Both the position numbers and the translations under genes were made by a program. The notes below the pieces were generated by a model. It searched no databases, had not been told where the DNA came from, and saw only the letters and a program-made list of their open reading frames with translations. DNA of 34,352 nt from Bdellovibrionota bacterium FG-2 (GTDB lineage Bacteria; Bdellovibrionota; UBA1018), in assembly GCA_051382305.1 (NCBI GenBank), contig JBBCAV010000370.1, forward strand, positions 1-34,352, written 5' to 3'. Positions 1 through 8,532 of this stretch are shown here, in pieces. Position 1 is the stretch's first letter. Every line of letters starts with the position of its first letter.

Positions 1-1
1 T

Positions 2-211
2 CGATTGGTTTACGTGATACCGCTATTGTGCGGTCAACACACTGCGGATGAAATCGATATTGCGCTCAGCAATGTTTCCCACCAGGAGATGATCACGAAA
101 ATCGCAAATGAGATCCCACCGACCCTGCGCCAATTGCGCCGCCGCCTGCTCAACCCTACTTGGAAAAGGGTACCAAAAACCGGGAATCCAAAGCGCACCA
201 CGGCGGGCTGA
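2..211 (+). CDS. C-terminal part of a hypothetical protein (frame open to the window edge)
   Basis: Frame is open from base 2 to TGA at 209-211; no recognisable motif. Confidence 0.35.
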   Translation, partial: RLVYVIPLLCGQHTADEIDIALSNVSHQEMITKIANEIPPTLRQLRRRLLNPTWKRVPKTGNPKRTTAG

Positions 212-273
212 ATTTCTACGCCCTAGCTAGTATCTGATGTGCAAAGAGCTTTGCGTGATAAATGGTATTCATT

Positions 274-459
274 TTAGTCTTTGATTTTCAGAGCAAAGTA
301 TCTACTTTTTTGTGCCTTTTCAAGGATGGACACATGGAGGAGCAGGGGAGACGCGCAGTGCTTCTCGGCCTTATTAGGGCCCTGATTTGAGGGGCCTTCG
401 GGCAAACGGATCGTGAGGGCAACCGTGCGGTTGTCATTCGTCTCTTTGATGTCTTTCAT
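274..459 (-). pseudogene. Arc-like ribbon-helix-helix DNA-binding protein, probably degenerate
   Basis: ALTIRLPEG...KAEKHCAS.....VSILEKA aligns without gaps to the Arc pattern xFxLRLPEEL...RAEENGRSMNxEIVxxLExx; prolines fall in predicted helices; AGGA upstream of ATG. Confidence 0.5.
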
Positions 460-737
460 CGTGTCCTGAGTGTTGCTCTGAAATGTGAATTCCGCAATCT
501 GTTTTGGCTGCCAGGTGCGCCGCAGATGAAGAAAGCTGCTGCAGTATTCTATGACTCATCGAGCACATCAATCCAACAAAATTGCAGCTTCCTGGCTCCG
601 GGCGTACTCGCAGCAGGTTAAGGATTGATAGTTTACATTGGCGTTTTTGGCAGAGAAAGAGGTGGGGCCGTGCTGGTTTTGGGTAAGTGATGCTGTTTCG
701 GACTGGAGCAGACGCTTTGTGCAAACTCGGATTTGGA

Positions 738-777
738 CATAAACCGGGGAGGCCAACGCAACATCGCCCTCCCCGGT
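738..777 (-). terminator. Probable intrinsic terminator of the XRE gene
   Basis: Perfect 10-bp stem ACCGGGGAGG (743-752) / CCTCCCCGGT (768-777), followed by a T-rich TTATGT on the minus strand, ~20 nt after the stop at 796. Confidence 0.6.
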
Positions 778-795
778 GTCAGCATTCCCTTGCTC

Positions 796-1206
796 CTACC
801 TCCCACGCTTCCGATCCCCCGTCGGCACTTTGCTCGGACTCCCTGCATGCCTTGCCGCCCCCTGTGGCACAAAATTCACCAGTACCGCGTGCACTGCTTG
901 GAGGCGTGAATCGTCGAGTTGCCGGATGATGCTTAAGCACTCGTCCCTGACCCGGATAGGTGGATCCGTTCGGTCCAGGAGTTCAAAGTAGTCGTCGTAG
1001 GTGTAGCCGTAGGCCGCAATAAGTGTCTCAATCCGCTTGCGGGAGAGGTCCATTCTGCCGTGCTCGATGTGTGCAATGGCGGAGCCGGTGATGTTAACTT
1101 TCGCCGCTGCTTGATTGAGCGATAGGCCCTTTTCAATGCGCATGTGGCGTAGGATGATTGCTTCTTTCGAGATTCGCTTTTCGTTGCTTCTTTTCGTATT
1201 ACTCAT
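796..1206 (-). CDS. XRE/Cro-C1-family helix-turn-helix transcriptional regulator
   Basis: LRHMRIEKGLSLNQAAAKVNITGSAIAHIEHG is an HTH_3 pattern; start moved to ATG 1206 (MSNTKR), which has GGAGG upstream. Confidence 0.85.
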   Translation of the reverse strand: MSNTKRSNEKRISKEAIILRHMRIEKGLSLNQAAAKVNITGSAIAHIEHGRMDLSRKRIETLIAAYGYTYDDYFELLDRTDPPIRVRDECLSIIRQLDDSRLQAVHAVLVNFVPQGAARHAGSPSKVPTGDRKRGR

Positions 1207-1416
1207 AGGTTTTGTCCTCCTTGGTGCGGACGCAGGAGCCCGCACTGTGTTTTGCTTCTCTTTTGGAAAAAGCCGCTGGCTTTCCCGTCAGATGAGAGGG
1301 GTCGGAGTTCGGAGTGACTAAGTAGGTAGACGGCAGTGCTCACCCAAACGGGAAAGTGCTGTCATTTCCACAAACTCAGTTTGTAGATTTTGAGACCACG
1401 GAACTTAAATCGGAGA

Positions 1417-1547
1417 TTTTGGCCTCAGACCAAAATCAGACCAAAACGGGTAAGGCGCTGTAAGAAGCGGTAAGTCTCTGTAAGGGGTTCTTACAGTCAA
1501 AATCGCTAACTGATTGTTCTTTCTTCGTTTTGTTATCAAAGAGTTAG
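1417..1547. repeat. att-arm-like array: arm-type repeats, phased RDF/Xis-like repeats, IHF site
   Basis: TCAGACCAAAA x2 (1425-1446) plus inverted partial TTTTGGCCT (1417-1425); GTAAG at 1450, 1460, 1470, 1480 and inverted CTTAC at 1490; TATCAAAGAGTTA (1534-1546) matches WATCAANNNNTTR. Confidence 0.65.
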
Positions 1548-1578
1548 ACGTCGAAGGTGTGGGGAGGTGCCCTAAAAA

Positions 1579-1679
1579 TGGGGTGACCATAGGGATCTGC
1601 TCCCGTGCAACCTCACGCTACCTTCGCATTGACGATTTCAGCACCGCATAAATACACATCCCCTCGTGTTTACGGTCAC
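1579..1679 (-). ncRNA. Non-canonical tRNA-like RNA (candidate), 101 nt, ends in CCA
   Basis: 9-bp terminal stem GTGACCGTA/TATGGTCAC plus C-CCA; D-like arm ACAC-GAGGGGAT-GTGT; T-like arm GGG-AGCAGAT-CCC; long variable-like arm TGCGA/TTGCA. Confidence 0.5.
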
Positions 1680-1713
1680 TTGCTTTGGATTTTAGGGAAG
1701 TTTTTCTTGAGAG

Positions 1714-1749
1714 GGTCGGAGTCCGGTTTTTCTTCACCGAACCCCGACC
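1714..1749 (-). other. 14-bp hairpin immediately 3' of tRNA-fMet (processing or termination element)
   Basis: GGTCGGGGTTCGGT / ACCGGACTCCGACC pairs fully on the minus strand with two G-U pairs; no clear U-tract. Confidence 0.5.
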
Positions 1750-1756
1750 TAAATTT

Positions 1757-1833
<77 letters not shown>

Positions 1834-1854
1834 ACATTATATCGAGTCCGTACC

Positions 1855-3153
1855 TTAGTCTCGCGTGCGCTTTTTCGTCAACCCAAAAGATGGCTTGCGC
1901 GCGGATTTCCGGTCGTCTGAGCCAAAGCGAGGTTTCTCACCTTCGCTGCGGCTCTTAAATCCTGTACTGGGTTTAGCGTCATAGCGGCCGTACTCTGACT
2001 TTCCAAAGCCGCTTTCACTTCGCTCGCTCCTGGGCTTTGATTTCCCAAAAGGTTTGGGTCCGAGCGGTCGCGCAGGTGCTCCTGCGGGGGCACCAAATGA
2101 CTTGCGCGGACCGCGCTCGCTGCGCTCAGCGCGTCCCTCACTACGGAACCCACCGCGCTCAATCCGAGGTCCACGCGGCGCTCTTCCAAAACCGCCTTCA
2201 CTGTCTTGGCCTTCTTCGTGCTCTTCGCGTGGGCCTCTGGCGCCGCCTCGAGCGGTCACTGAATTCGTGTCACCCTTGAGACGAATCACAACCGAGGAGC
2301 CGGTGCGCGGACCGTAACCCTTGCGTCCTCCGCGTTGAGATCTTCGGGGTCCATTGAACATTTTGACTTCGATCTTCTCTTTGTCTTTCTCAAGTTCCTT
2401 GTCCTCATCCAAACGCTTCAAACCCAGCTCGGGATGAGTGATGAGCACTTCGACTTGCGAAGACGTGAGTTGGCGCAAGCCCCCCGCAGCCAGCATGCCA
2501 TCTCTTGAATAGAGGGTAATTTGCCCAATCGCTTTGCGGGTAATTCGCTCCACTAAGAAACCTTTGTCTTCAAAAAAAGTCTTAATATCAATCAGGCCGG
2601 GATCGGTGAAGACGACTTCAATACGCGCTTTTGCCTGAAGCTCTCCAATGAGGCGGACGCGAAAAGGCTCGACGTGCTTGCGACCGGATTGAGTTCCTGC
2701 GCGAAGTCTTTCCAAGTCATCCGAGGTGGGATGGCCTTTGACTTTGACTTCATAAACACGTGCGACCTTTGGGGCGCGCTGTAGGCGCTCGGCAAAATCC
2801 CCATCGTTGGTTAAAAGAATCAAACCATCGGAATTAAAATCTAAGCGGCCGACAGGGAACACACGCTCGTTCACATGTTTAAGAAAATCCTTAATCGTGG
2901 TGCGTCCGTCAGGATCGGCGAGCGAGGAGATCACGCCTTTGGGTTTGTGAAATGCGTAGTAGACGCGGTTTTCAATTTTAAGAAGGAGCTTGCCCTTCAC
3001 CTTGATAGCATCGGTTGCCATGTCGGCTTTGTCGCCCAGTTTGGCAACTTTGCCGTTGATCGTGACGAGTCCTTCGGTAATGAGTTCTTCAGCTTTGCGG
3101 CGAGAGGAAATTCCCGCCCGGGCTAGGATTTTTTGTACGCGTTCAGATGCCAT
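1855..3153 (-). CDS. rluB: 23S rRNA pseudouridine synthase (RluB/RsuA family) with S4 domain and long basic C-terminal tail
   Basis: ERVQKILARAGISSRRKAEELI S4 domain; PVGRLDFNSDGLILLTNDG catalytic motif; follows scpB; start reassigned to MASERV at 3153. Confidence 0.9.
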   Translation of the reverse strand: MASERVQKILARAGISSRRKAEELITEGLVTINGKVAKLGDKADMATDAIKVKGKLLLKIENRVYYAFHKPKGVISSLADPDGRTTIKDFLKHVNERVFPVGRLDFNSDGLILLTNDGDFAERLQRAPKVARVYEVKVKGHPTSDDLERLRAGTQSGRKHVEPFRVRLIGELQAKARIEVVFTDPGLIDIKTFFEDKGFLVERITRKAIGQITLYSRDGMLAAGGLRQLTSSQVEVLITHPELGLKRLDEDKELEKDKEKIEVKMFNGPRRSQRGGRKGYGPRTGSSVVIRLKGDTNSVTARGGARGPREEHEEGQDSEGGFGRAPRGPRIERGGFRSEGRAERSERGPRKSFGAPAGAPARPLGPKPFGKSKPRSERSESGFGKSEYGRYDAKPSTGFKSRSEGEKPRFGSDDRKSARKPSFGLTKKRTRD

Positions 3154-4387
3154 TTTGCATTGCGACTTGCGCCGCCTCTTCGCCCGCCAGGTGGATGATT
3201 CCAAGGGCCTCGTCTTTTGCGAGCTGCTCCAGGCGCTTTTCTTCGGCTCGTTGCTCATCGAGTGAACGAGTCGAAGTGGGAATGGCGTTGACCTTCTCAC
3301 GAATTTCTTTAAGGATTCTTTCATCCTCACGAGGATCATAGGAGATCGCGTCGGTGTCGGTCTTCATTTTGCCTACCATTTCGCGCATCTTCTTAACTGC
3401 GGGGTCTTCGGTTTCGGGGTTACGTGACTCAGAAGAGGGAATCATTTGCTCCAACTCATGCAGCGGCGGAAGCGCCGTGAGGTCTGCAAGTCCAAAGACG
3501 TCCGTGAAGGTTTCCGTCGTGACATAAAGGATAGGGCGCCCCGGAAGATCCGAGCGGCCAGAGATAGCAATGAGTTTGCGATCCAAAAGCACACGCATGA
3601 AGTAGGACGAATCCACTCCTCTGACTTTATCGATCTCTTCTTTTAGGACGGGCTGGCGATAGGCAATGATAGCCAAGGACTCCATCGCGCCGCGGGAGAG
3701 GCGAGCCGTTTGAATTTTCGAAAGTTTTTGTGCGATGGCCGAACGTCCGGGCTTGGTGCGAAACTGATAGCCGCCAGAAACGTTGACGATTTCGATTCCG
3801 TGGGCAAGCTCTTCATATTTTTTGCACAATCCCTCAATGGCCTCCGTGCAAGTGTCTTCAGCGAAATCCACACCGGTTGAAGAACTCAGCGCTTCGCGAA
3901 TCTTCACCATCGACACCGGACGATCCGACATGAACAGCAACGCTTCGACATAGGACTGGACTTCGGCGATGTCGGAGGTGGTCAAAATGATCGCAGGAGG
4001 CTGAACTTCGGCGTCCATTGCGGCTTGGATTTCAATTTCTTCTTGTAAGGATTTAGCCAGTAATTGGTCTTCTGCGATCTCTTGGGCGAGGCGGGTGGCC
4101 ACTTCTTCAGGCGTTTCGCCGGTGAGGCTGCCGGGTTCTCCGTTTGCTTCTTCTTGGGTTTCTCCTTGGGTGTTTTCTAGGATCTGATTCTTGGTGGAGA
4201 GCGCCACGGCGTCGGCCACGCGCTCAAGAACACTTTCGTCGTCCAGTGCAAGTTCCTCAGTGCTGGCCTGAGCAGCGAGAATTCCGGCGATATCCAGATG
4301 AAACGGATCTGCCACAAACGCGAATTCTTGCTCGGGCTCCTGCATCACGCCATGGGTTTCCAGGTTTTCGGTTCTATTGTCTGTCAT
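3143..4387 (-). CDS. scpB: SMC-Scp complex subunit ScpB with acidic N-terminal extension
   Basis: VEALLF, GGYQFRT, LSRGAMESLAIIAYRQP, IDKVRGV, GRPILYVTT...FGL..L..LP motifs. Confidence 0.95.
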   Translation of the reverse strand: MTDNRTENLETHGVMQEPEQEFAFVADPFHLDIAGILAAQASTEELALDDESVLERVADAVALSTKNQILENTQGETQEEANGEPGSLTGETPEEVATRLAQEIAEDQLLAKSLQEEIEIQAAMDAEVQPPAIILTTSDIAEVQSYVEALLFMSDRPVSMVKIREALSSSTGVDFAEDTCTEAIEGLCKKYEELAHGIEIVNVSGGYQFRTKPGRSAIAQKLSKIQTARLSRGAMESLAIIAYRQPVLKEEIDKVRGVDSSYFMRVLLDRKLIAISGRSDLPGRPILYVTTETFTDVFGLADLTALPPLHELEQMIPSSESRNPETEDPAVKKMREMVGKMKTDTDAISYDPREDERILKEIREKVNAIPTSTRSLDEQRAEEKRLEQLAKDEALGIIHLAGEEAAQVAMQNGI

Positions 4388-5187
4388 TGGGTTTGCTCCA
4401 TCATTGATTGCGAGGACGGCGCCGGGTTGTCAAAACCACTGGCCATGTGGAAGTCCAAGTCCTTAATGAGCTCTAGCAGCTCGACATAAATCGGCTGGTA
4501 AGTGCCTTCTTGATAAAGTTTCATCTTTTTAAGACGAGCCAGTTCAAGGGAAGCCAAAAAGGTCACAACGGTCTCGTCCCGATGCCCTGTGGCCGCGACT
4601 AAACGCCTGAGTTCCGTCAGTTCACCGACTTTTAAATGGTCACGCATTTCGCGGATCTTATCCGTCAGCGAGATGGTCTCTTTTTTCAAAATCGTCACGC
4701 GTTTGCGCGAGCGGATCAGAATCTCTTGGTAGCTTAAAGCAAGATCCGAGATCGACATGTCTCGCCACACGCGCTCAATAGTGGGCTTGGGATTGGGGCG
4801 GGTGAAGACATCGATTCCTAGGAGTTGCCTTTGGGCAAGGTCATCGCCCATAGCTAAGAATCGCTGATGCTCGAGCAACTGGCGAATCAGCTCTTCAGGC
4901 GAAAGCGGCGCATCGCCATCGGCACCGTCGGCGAGGTTCGCGTCATCCTGTGGCAACAGCGCTTTACTCTTCCAATGAAGAAGCGTGGCCGCCATGACCA
5001 AGAACTCACTTGCGATGTCGAAGTTGAGCTCTTGAATGAGACGCACATAGGCCAAGTATTGGTCCGTGATCTCAGCGATGGATATGTTTGACACATCCAT
5101 CTCGCGGCTCTGAATCAAATAGAGCAGCAGATCAAGCGGGCCTTCGAAATGATCCAGTCGAACAGTAATTGGAACGCGATATGCCAT
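4384..5187 (-). CDS. scpA: Segregation and condensation protein A (kleisin)
   Basis: FEGPLDLLLYLI, ASEFLVMAATLL..KS..LLP, VVTFLASLEL; 4-nt overlap with scpB. Confidence 0.96.
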   Translation of the reverse strand: MAYRVPITVRLDHFEGPLDLLLYLIQSREMDVSNISIAEITDQYLAYVRLIQELNFDIASEFLVMAATLLHWKSKALLPQDDANLADGADGDAPLSPEELIRQLLEHQRFLAMGDDLAQRQLLGIDVFTRPNPKPTIERVWRDMSISDLALSYQEILIRSRKRVTILKKETISLTDKIREMRDHLKVGELTELRRLVAATGHRDETVVTFLASLELARLKKMKLYQEGTYQPIYVELLELIKDLDFHMASGFDNPAPSSQSMMEQTQ

Positions 5188-5227
5188 AAGAAGGCACGAC
5201 TATAGACGACTAAAGTGAGAAGGCAAG

Positions 5228-6259
5228 TTAAAGCTGGTCAAGCCCAATAAAACCGACGCGCTCGTAAACGCGTTCCAGGGTCACATGGGCCCGAGCGCGG
5301 GCCTTTTCGGCACCTTCCTTCAAGACGCTATTGAGGTAACCTAAGTCCTTGAGAAGTAAGTCGGTTTTGCCGCGCAAGGGGGCCAATGTTTCGGTGATGA
5401 CCGCGGCGGTATCAAGCTTGAGATGGCCATATTGTTTGCCGGCATATGAGTTGACTAATTCACTCATGCTTTTGCCCGTGATCGCGGACTGGATGGTGAG
5501 AAGGTTGCTCACGCCGGGTTTGGATTCCTCATCAAAAGTGATCTCGGAGCCTGAGTCGGTCACAGCTCGCTTGAGTTTTTTGAGAATCACATCATCGGAA
5601 TCCGTGAGAAAGATCGACGCATTCGGATCGGGGTCGGACTTTGACATCTTTTGAGTTGGATTTTGGAGACTGGCAATGCGTGCGGCCACGGGTGCGATGT
5701 AAGGTTCGGGCACTCGAAACGTATCCTTGCCATAGAGGTTGTTCATGCGGATCGCCAAATCGCGTGTCAATTCTAGGTGTTGCTTCTGATCCTCGCCCAC
5801 AGGGACAAGATGGGTTTGGTAGAGGAGGATGTCAGACGCCATGAGGACGGGATAGTTGAAGAGGCCCGCGGGAATGTTCCGACTTTCTCCTCCGCCCTTT
5901 GCGGCGCTCTTATCTTTAAACTGAGTCATTCGCCCCAGTTCGCCCATGTACGTAAAGCAATTCAGCACCCACGCAAGCTCGGCGTGTTCGGGCACATGGG
6001 ATTGCACGAAAAGGGTCACGTCCTTTGGATCAAGGCCTGCCGCAATGTAAGTCGCAATGGCGCGGTAGGTTTGGTCGCGCATTTCCTTGGGATCTTGGCG
6101 CACGGTGATCGTGTGCAGGTCGACCGCGAAAAACAGGCATTCGTAATCGTGCTGCAACTTTACCCAGTTTTTGATCGCGCCCAAGTAGTTGCCAATCGTA
6201 AGATGGTTGGAGGGTTGGACGGCGGAGAGCATGACTTTGCGTGCGGATTGGGGTTGCAT
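5228..6259 (-). CDS. trpS: Tryptophan--tRNA ligase
   Basis: QPSNHLTIGNYLGA (HIGH-like), YPVLMASDILLY, VPVGEDQKQHLE, KMSKS. Confidence 0.98.
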   Translation of the reverse strand: MQPQSARKVMLSAVQPSNHLTIGNYLGAIKNWVKLQHDYECLFFAVDLHTITVRQDPKEMRDQTYRAIATYIAAGLDPKDVTLFVQSHVPEHAELAWVLNCFTYMGELGRMTQFKDKSAAKGGGESRNIPAGLFNYPVLMASDILLYQTHLVPVGEDQKQHLELTRDLAIRMNNLYGKDTFRVPEPYIAPVAARIASLQNPTQKMSKSDPDPNASIFLTDSDDVILKKLKRAVTDSGSEITFDEESKPGVSNLLTIQSAITGKSMSELVNSYAGKQYGHLKLDTAAVITETLAPLRGKTDLLLKDLGYLNSVLKEGAEKARARAHVTLERVYERVGFIGLDQL

Positions 6260-6939
6260 TACAGGACCTCGGGAAGCTGAAAGATCTTAGCCGCAATAAA
6301 AAGCGTGATGTTTGCGAGAAACTTAATCGGATAACCTAAAACGTTGAGGGCGCCCGTGAACAAGAGGGCCATGAGAATGAAAAAACTGTACTGGGCCAAT
6401 TGCTCGTACTTGCGGGAGAGTTCGTAGGGGAGAAAAGACTCGATGATTTTACTGCCATCTAAAGGCGGCAGCGGGATGAGATTGAAAATTCCCAAAGCGT
6501 AATTCAGCGAAACCCCCACATACGTCATCGCAATCAGTGGTTCGTAAAGATAAAACTCAGGCGCGACCCAAGCGCGAATTCCACAAAACGCTAAGGCAAA
6601 AACGAAGGCGAGAAAAAAGTTCATCAAGACACCCGCAATAGAGACCCAAAATAATCCAGGGCGGTATTTCCTGAAGCGATTGGGATTGATCGGAACAGGT
6701 TTTGCCCAGCCGAAAAGCAGGTTCATTCCGGAGAGCATGTTGATCATCGGGAAAAGGATCGTGCCGATGGGGTCCATGTGAGGCAGGGGATTGAGGGTGA
6801 GACGTCCGGCGTCTTTTGCGGTATTATCGCCCCATTTGTGCGCCATAAGACCGTGGGCAAATTCGTGAAACACAACCGCCACGATGAAAGGGACAAGTTG
6901 CACGGACATCATTTGAATGCGACCGGAAAAGTCATCCAT
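6259..6939 (-). CDS. Site-2 protease family (M50) membrane zinc metalloprotease
   Basis: HEFAH zinc motif, GRLTLNP, GWAKPVP, FNLIPLPPLDG. Confidence 0.93.
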   Translation of the reverse strand: MDDFSGRIQMMSVQLVPFIVAVVFHEFAHGLMAHKWGDNTAKDAGRLTLNPLPHMDPIGTILFPMINMLSGMNLLFGWAKPVPINPNRFRKYRPGLFWVSIAGVLMNFFLAFVFALAFCGIRAWVAPEFYLYEPLIAMTYVGVSLNYALGIFNLIPLPPLDGSKIIESFLPYELSRKYEQLAQYSFFILMALLFTGALNVLGYPIKFLANITLFIAAKIFQLPEVL

Positions 6940-6960
6940 ACTTAGGGTGTTATCACAGGT

Positions 6961-7974
6961 TTATTCCCCCCGGGGGTGGAATTTTCGATGGGCCGTCTTA
7001 AGATGCTCTGGGCTAATGTGGGTATAAATCTGGGTCGTCGTAAGATCCGCGTGGCCTAAAAGCAGTTGAAGCGAGCGAAGGCTCATCCCGGATTGCAGCA
7101 AGTGGGTGGCGAACGAGTGCCGAAGTTTGTGGGGGGAGATATCGACGCTCAGGCCAGCTTGGAGTGCGACCCCGTTTAGGGTTTTCCAAAATCCTTGGCG
7201 GGTAAGGGGTTGGCCTTGGTGGTTGGGGAAAAGGTGGTCGGTTTGCGGGGGGAGGGTGGGCCGGTGGCTGTCCAGGTATTCACGGAGGATGTCCCCCGCC
7301 TGTGTGGCGAACGGCGCGATTCGCTCCTTGGAGCCTTTGCCTTTCACGCGGGCGTATTCGTTTTGAAGATCAATGTTGTGAGTGGTGAGGCCAATGAGCT
7401 CGGACACCCTGAGGCCGGTTGCATAAAGGAGGTAGATCATTGCGCGATCGCGCGCTTTTAGGGCGTCTGGGTTTGTTGCGTGTGAGTAAGGGAGGCCCGT
7501 GTCGGTAGCTTCGAGAAGTTTTGTGACTTGATCGATGGTGAGCACCTTGGGTAGGCGTTGTGGGAGTTGTGGGCTCTCTAAGTTCTCGGCGGGGTTGTGT
7601 TTGAGGTTAAGCTCTAGGCAGCAAAATTTGAAGAATTGCCTAAGCGCGCTCGTCGTGCGAGAAATCGAGGTCGCCTTTTGTTTGGCGTGGGCGAGTTTCG
7701 TTAGAAAGGTGACGAGGTGTTCGCGCTCGATCGTTTCGAGGGTTTTGTCTGGGGGAAGGGTGTTTGCGAAGGCCGTGAGATCGCGTTGATAAGCTTCGAT
7801 TGTTTTGTCGGCGGCTCCTCGGTCGATGCGGCGGGATTCGAGGAAAGCGGAAATGGGAGCTGCAAGGGTGGTGAGTGGGGGTCGGGGTTTGGGAGGGCGT
7901 CGGGGAGCGGCACTATCCAGTTTCCGGAATTGATGGGAATTAGGTCTAATCGTTGGCTTGGCCAGGGCAGGCAC
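6961..7974 (-). CDS. xerD: Chromosomal tyrosine recombinase XerD
   Basis: LLYATGLRVSEL, KGKGSKER, LTRQGFW, SPHKLRHSFATHLL, LLGHADLTTTQIYTH, C-terminal FHPR; housekeeping synteny; exact start uncertain. Confidence 0.9.
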   Translation of the reverse strand: MPALAKPTIRPNSHQFRKLDSAAPRRPPKPRPPLTTLAAPISAFLESRRIDRGAADKTIEAYQRDLTAFANTLPPDKTLETIEREHLVTFLTKLAHAKQKATSISRTTSALRQFFKFCCLELNLKHNPAENLESPQLPQRLPKVLTIDQVTKLLEATDTGLPYSHATNPDALKARDRAMIYLLYATGLRVSELIGLTTHNIDLQNEYARVKGKGSKERIAPFATQAGDILREYLDSHRPTLPPQTDHLFPNHQGQPLTRQGFWKTLNGVALQAGLSVDISPHKLRHSFATHLLQSGMSLRSLQLLLGHADLTTTQIYTHISPEHLKTAHRKFHPRGE

Positions 7975-8100
7975 CTCTTCTGTGTTTGAGAGTAGCGCGA
8001 AGCGAGAGAGGGGTAAAGATAGGAATTTGAAGGGGGACTTGGGCCGGGGGACTTTTGGCTGCTTAAAGGGCGGAAGTGTCTCCCAGCTACCGCCAAGACG

Positions 8101-8409
8101 GCCGAAAGAAATACTATAGCGGATGGCTCCACGGCGGAGCTCATGGCTGACCTCAATCCAGAGGGGAGTGATATTGATTATGGTGATTATAATCCGACTC
8201 TAGTCCGAGCTGGAAACGATGTGTTCTTTAATGCCTATGATGATTCGAGACTCGCTAAGCTTTATAAGTTCGACGGGGTGTCCACGACTCAAGTCAGTAA
8301 CCTGAACAATGGACGTTCCGATTATGTGTGGGATCTCGTAGCTCTTGGGAGTACCGTTCTTTTCATGACAGGCAACGCGACGGGTGATTCTTCGCTTTAC
8401 GGGTATTGA
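8101..8409 (+). pseudogene. C-terminal remnant of an ELWxxDGT-type beta-propeller repeat protein
   Basis: DGSTAELMADLNP...VFFNAYD....KLYKFDG...QVSNLN...VLFM repeat units; similarity extends upstream of Met 8143; no signal peptide. Confidence 0.55.
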
Positions 8410-8532
8410 AAATCGCCCGCTCGGATCGTCAACTCCCTGACACCTCTCTCAGTCTTTCCCGCTAGTTTTCCGGCGACGTCCGAGGTAAATTTGTAGAGTC
8501 ACTTAAGTATTTATGATGAGGAGATCGCGGCC

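Larger units (their letters stand above)
1..1596. mobile_element. Probable edge of an integrated element (tyrosine-integrase type); integrase not in window
   Basis: att-arm-like motif cluster at 1417-1547 directly beyond the 3' CCA end of a tRNA-like sequence; XRE and Arc-like regulator genes; housekeeping synteny stops at tRNA-fMet. Confidence 0.55.

Noticed and set aside
638-655. Possible sigma54 promoter TTGGCGTTTTTGGCA
   Set aside because: GG-to-GC spacing is 2 nt too short
1450-1494. GTAAG repeats as a CRISPR array or replication iterons
   Set aside because: Units are 5 bp with a 10-bp period; no spacers, cas genes or rep gene
3154-3339. 62-aa N-terminal extension of RluB in the ORF track
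   Set aside because: It overlaps the scpB coding region; the S4 domain begins at Met 3153
6961-7974. Tyrosine recombinase as the integrase of the left-hand element
   Set aside because: It has XerD-type motifs and sits in a housekeeping cluster 5 kb outside the element edge
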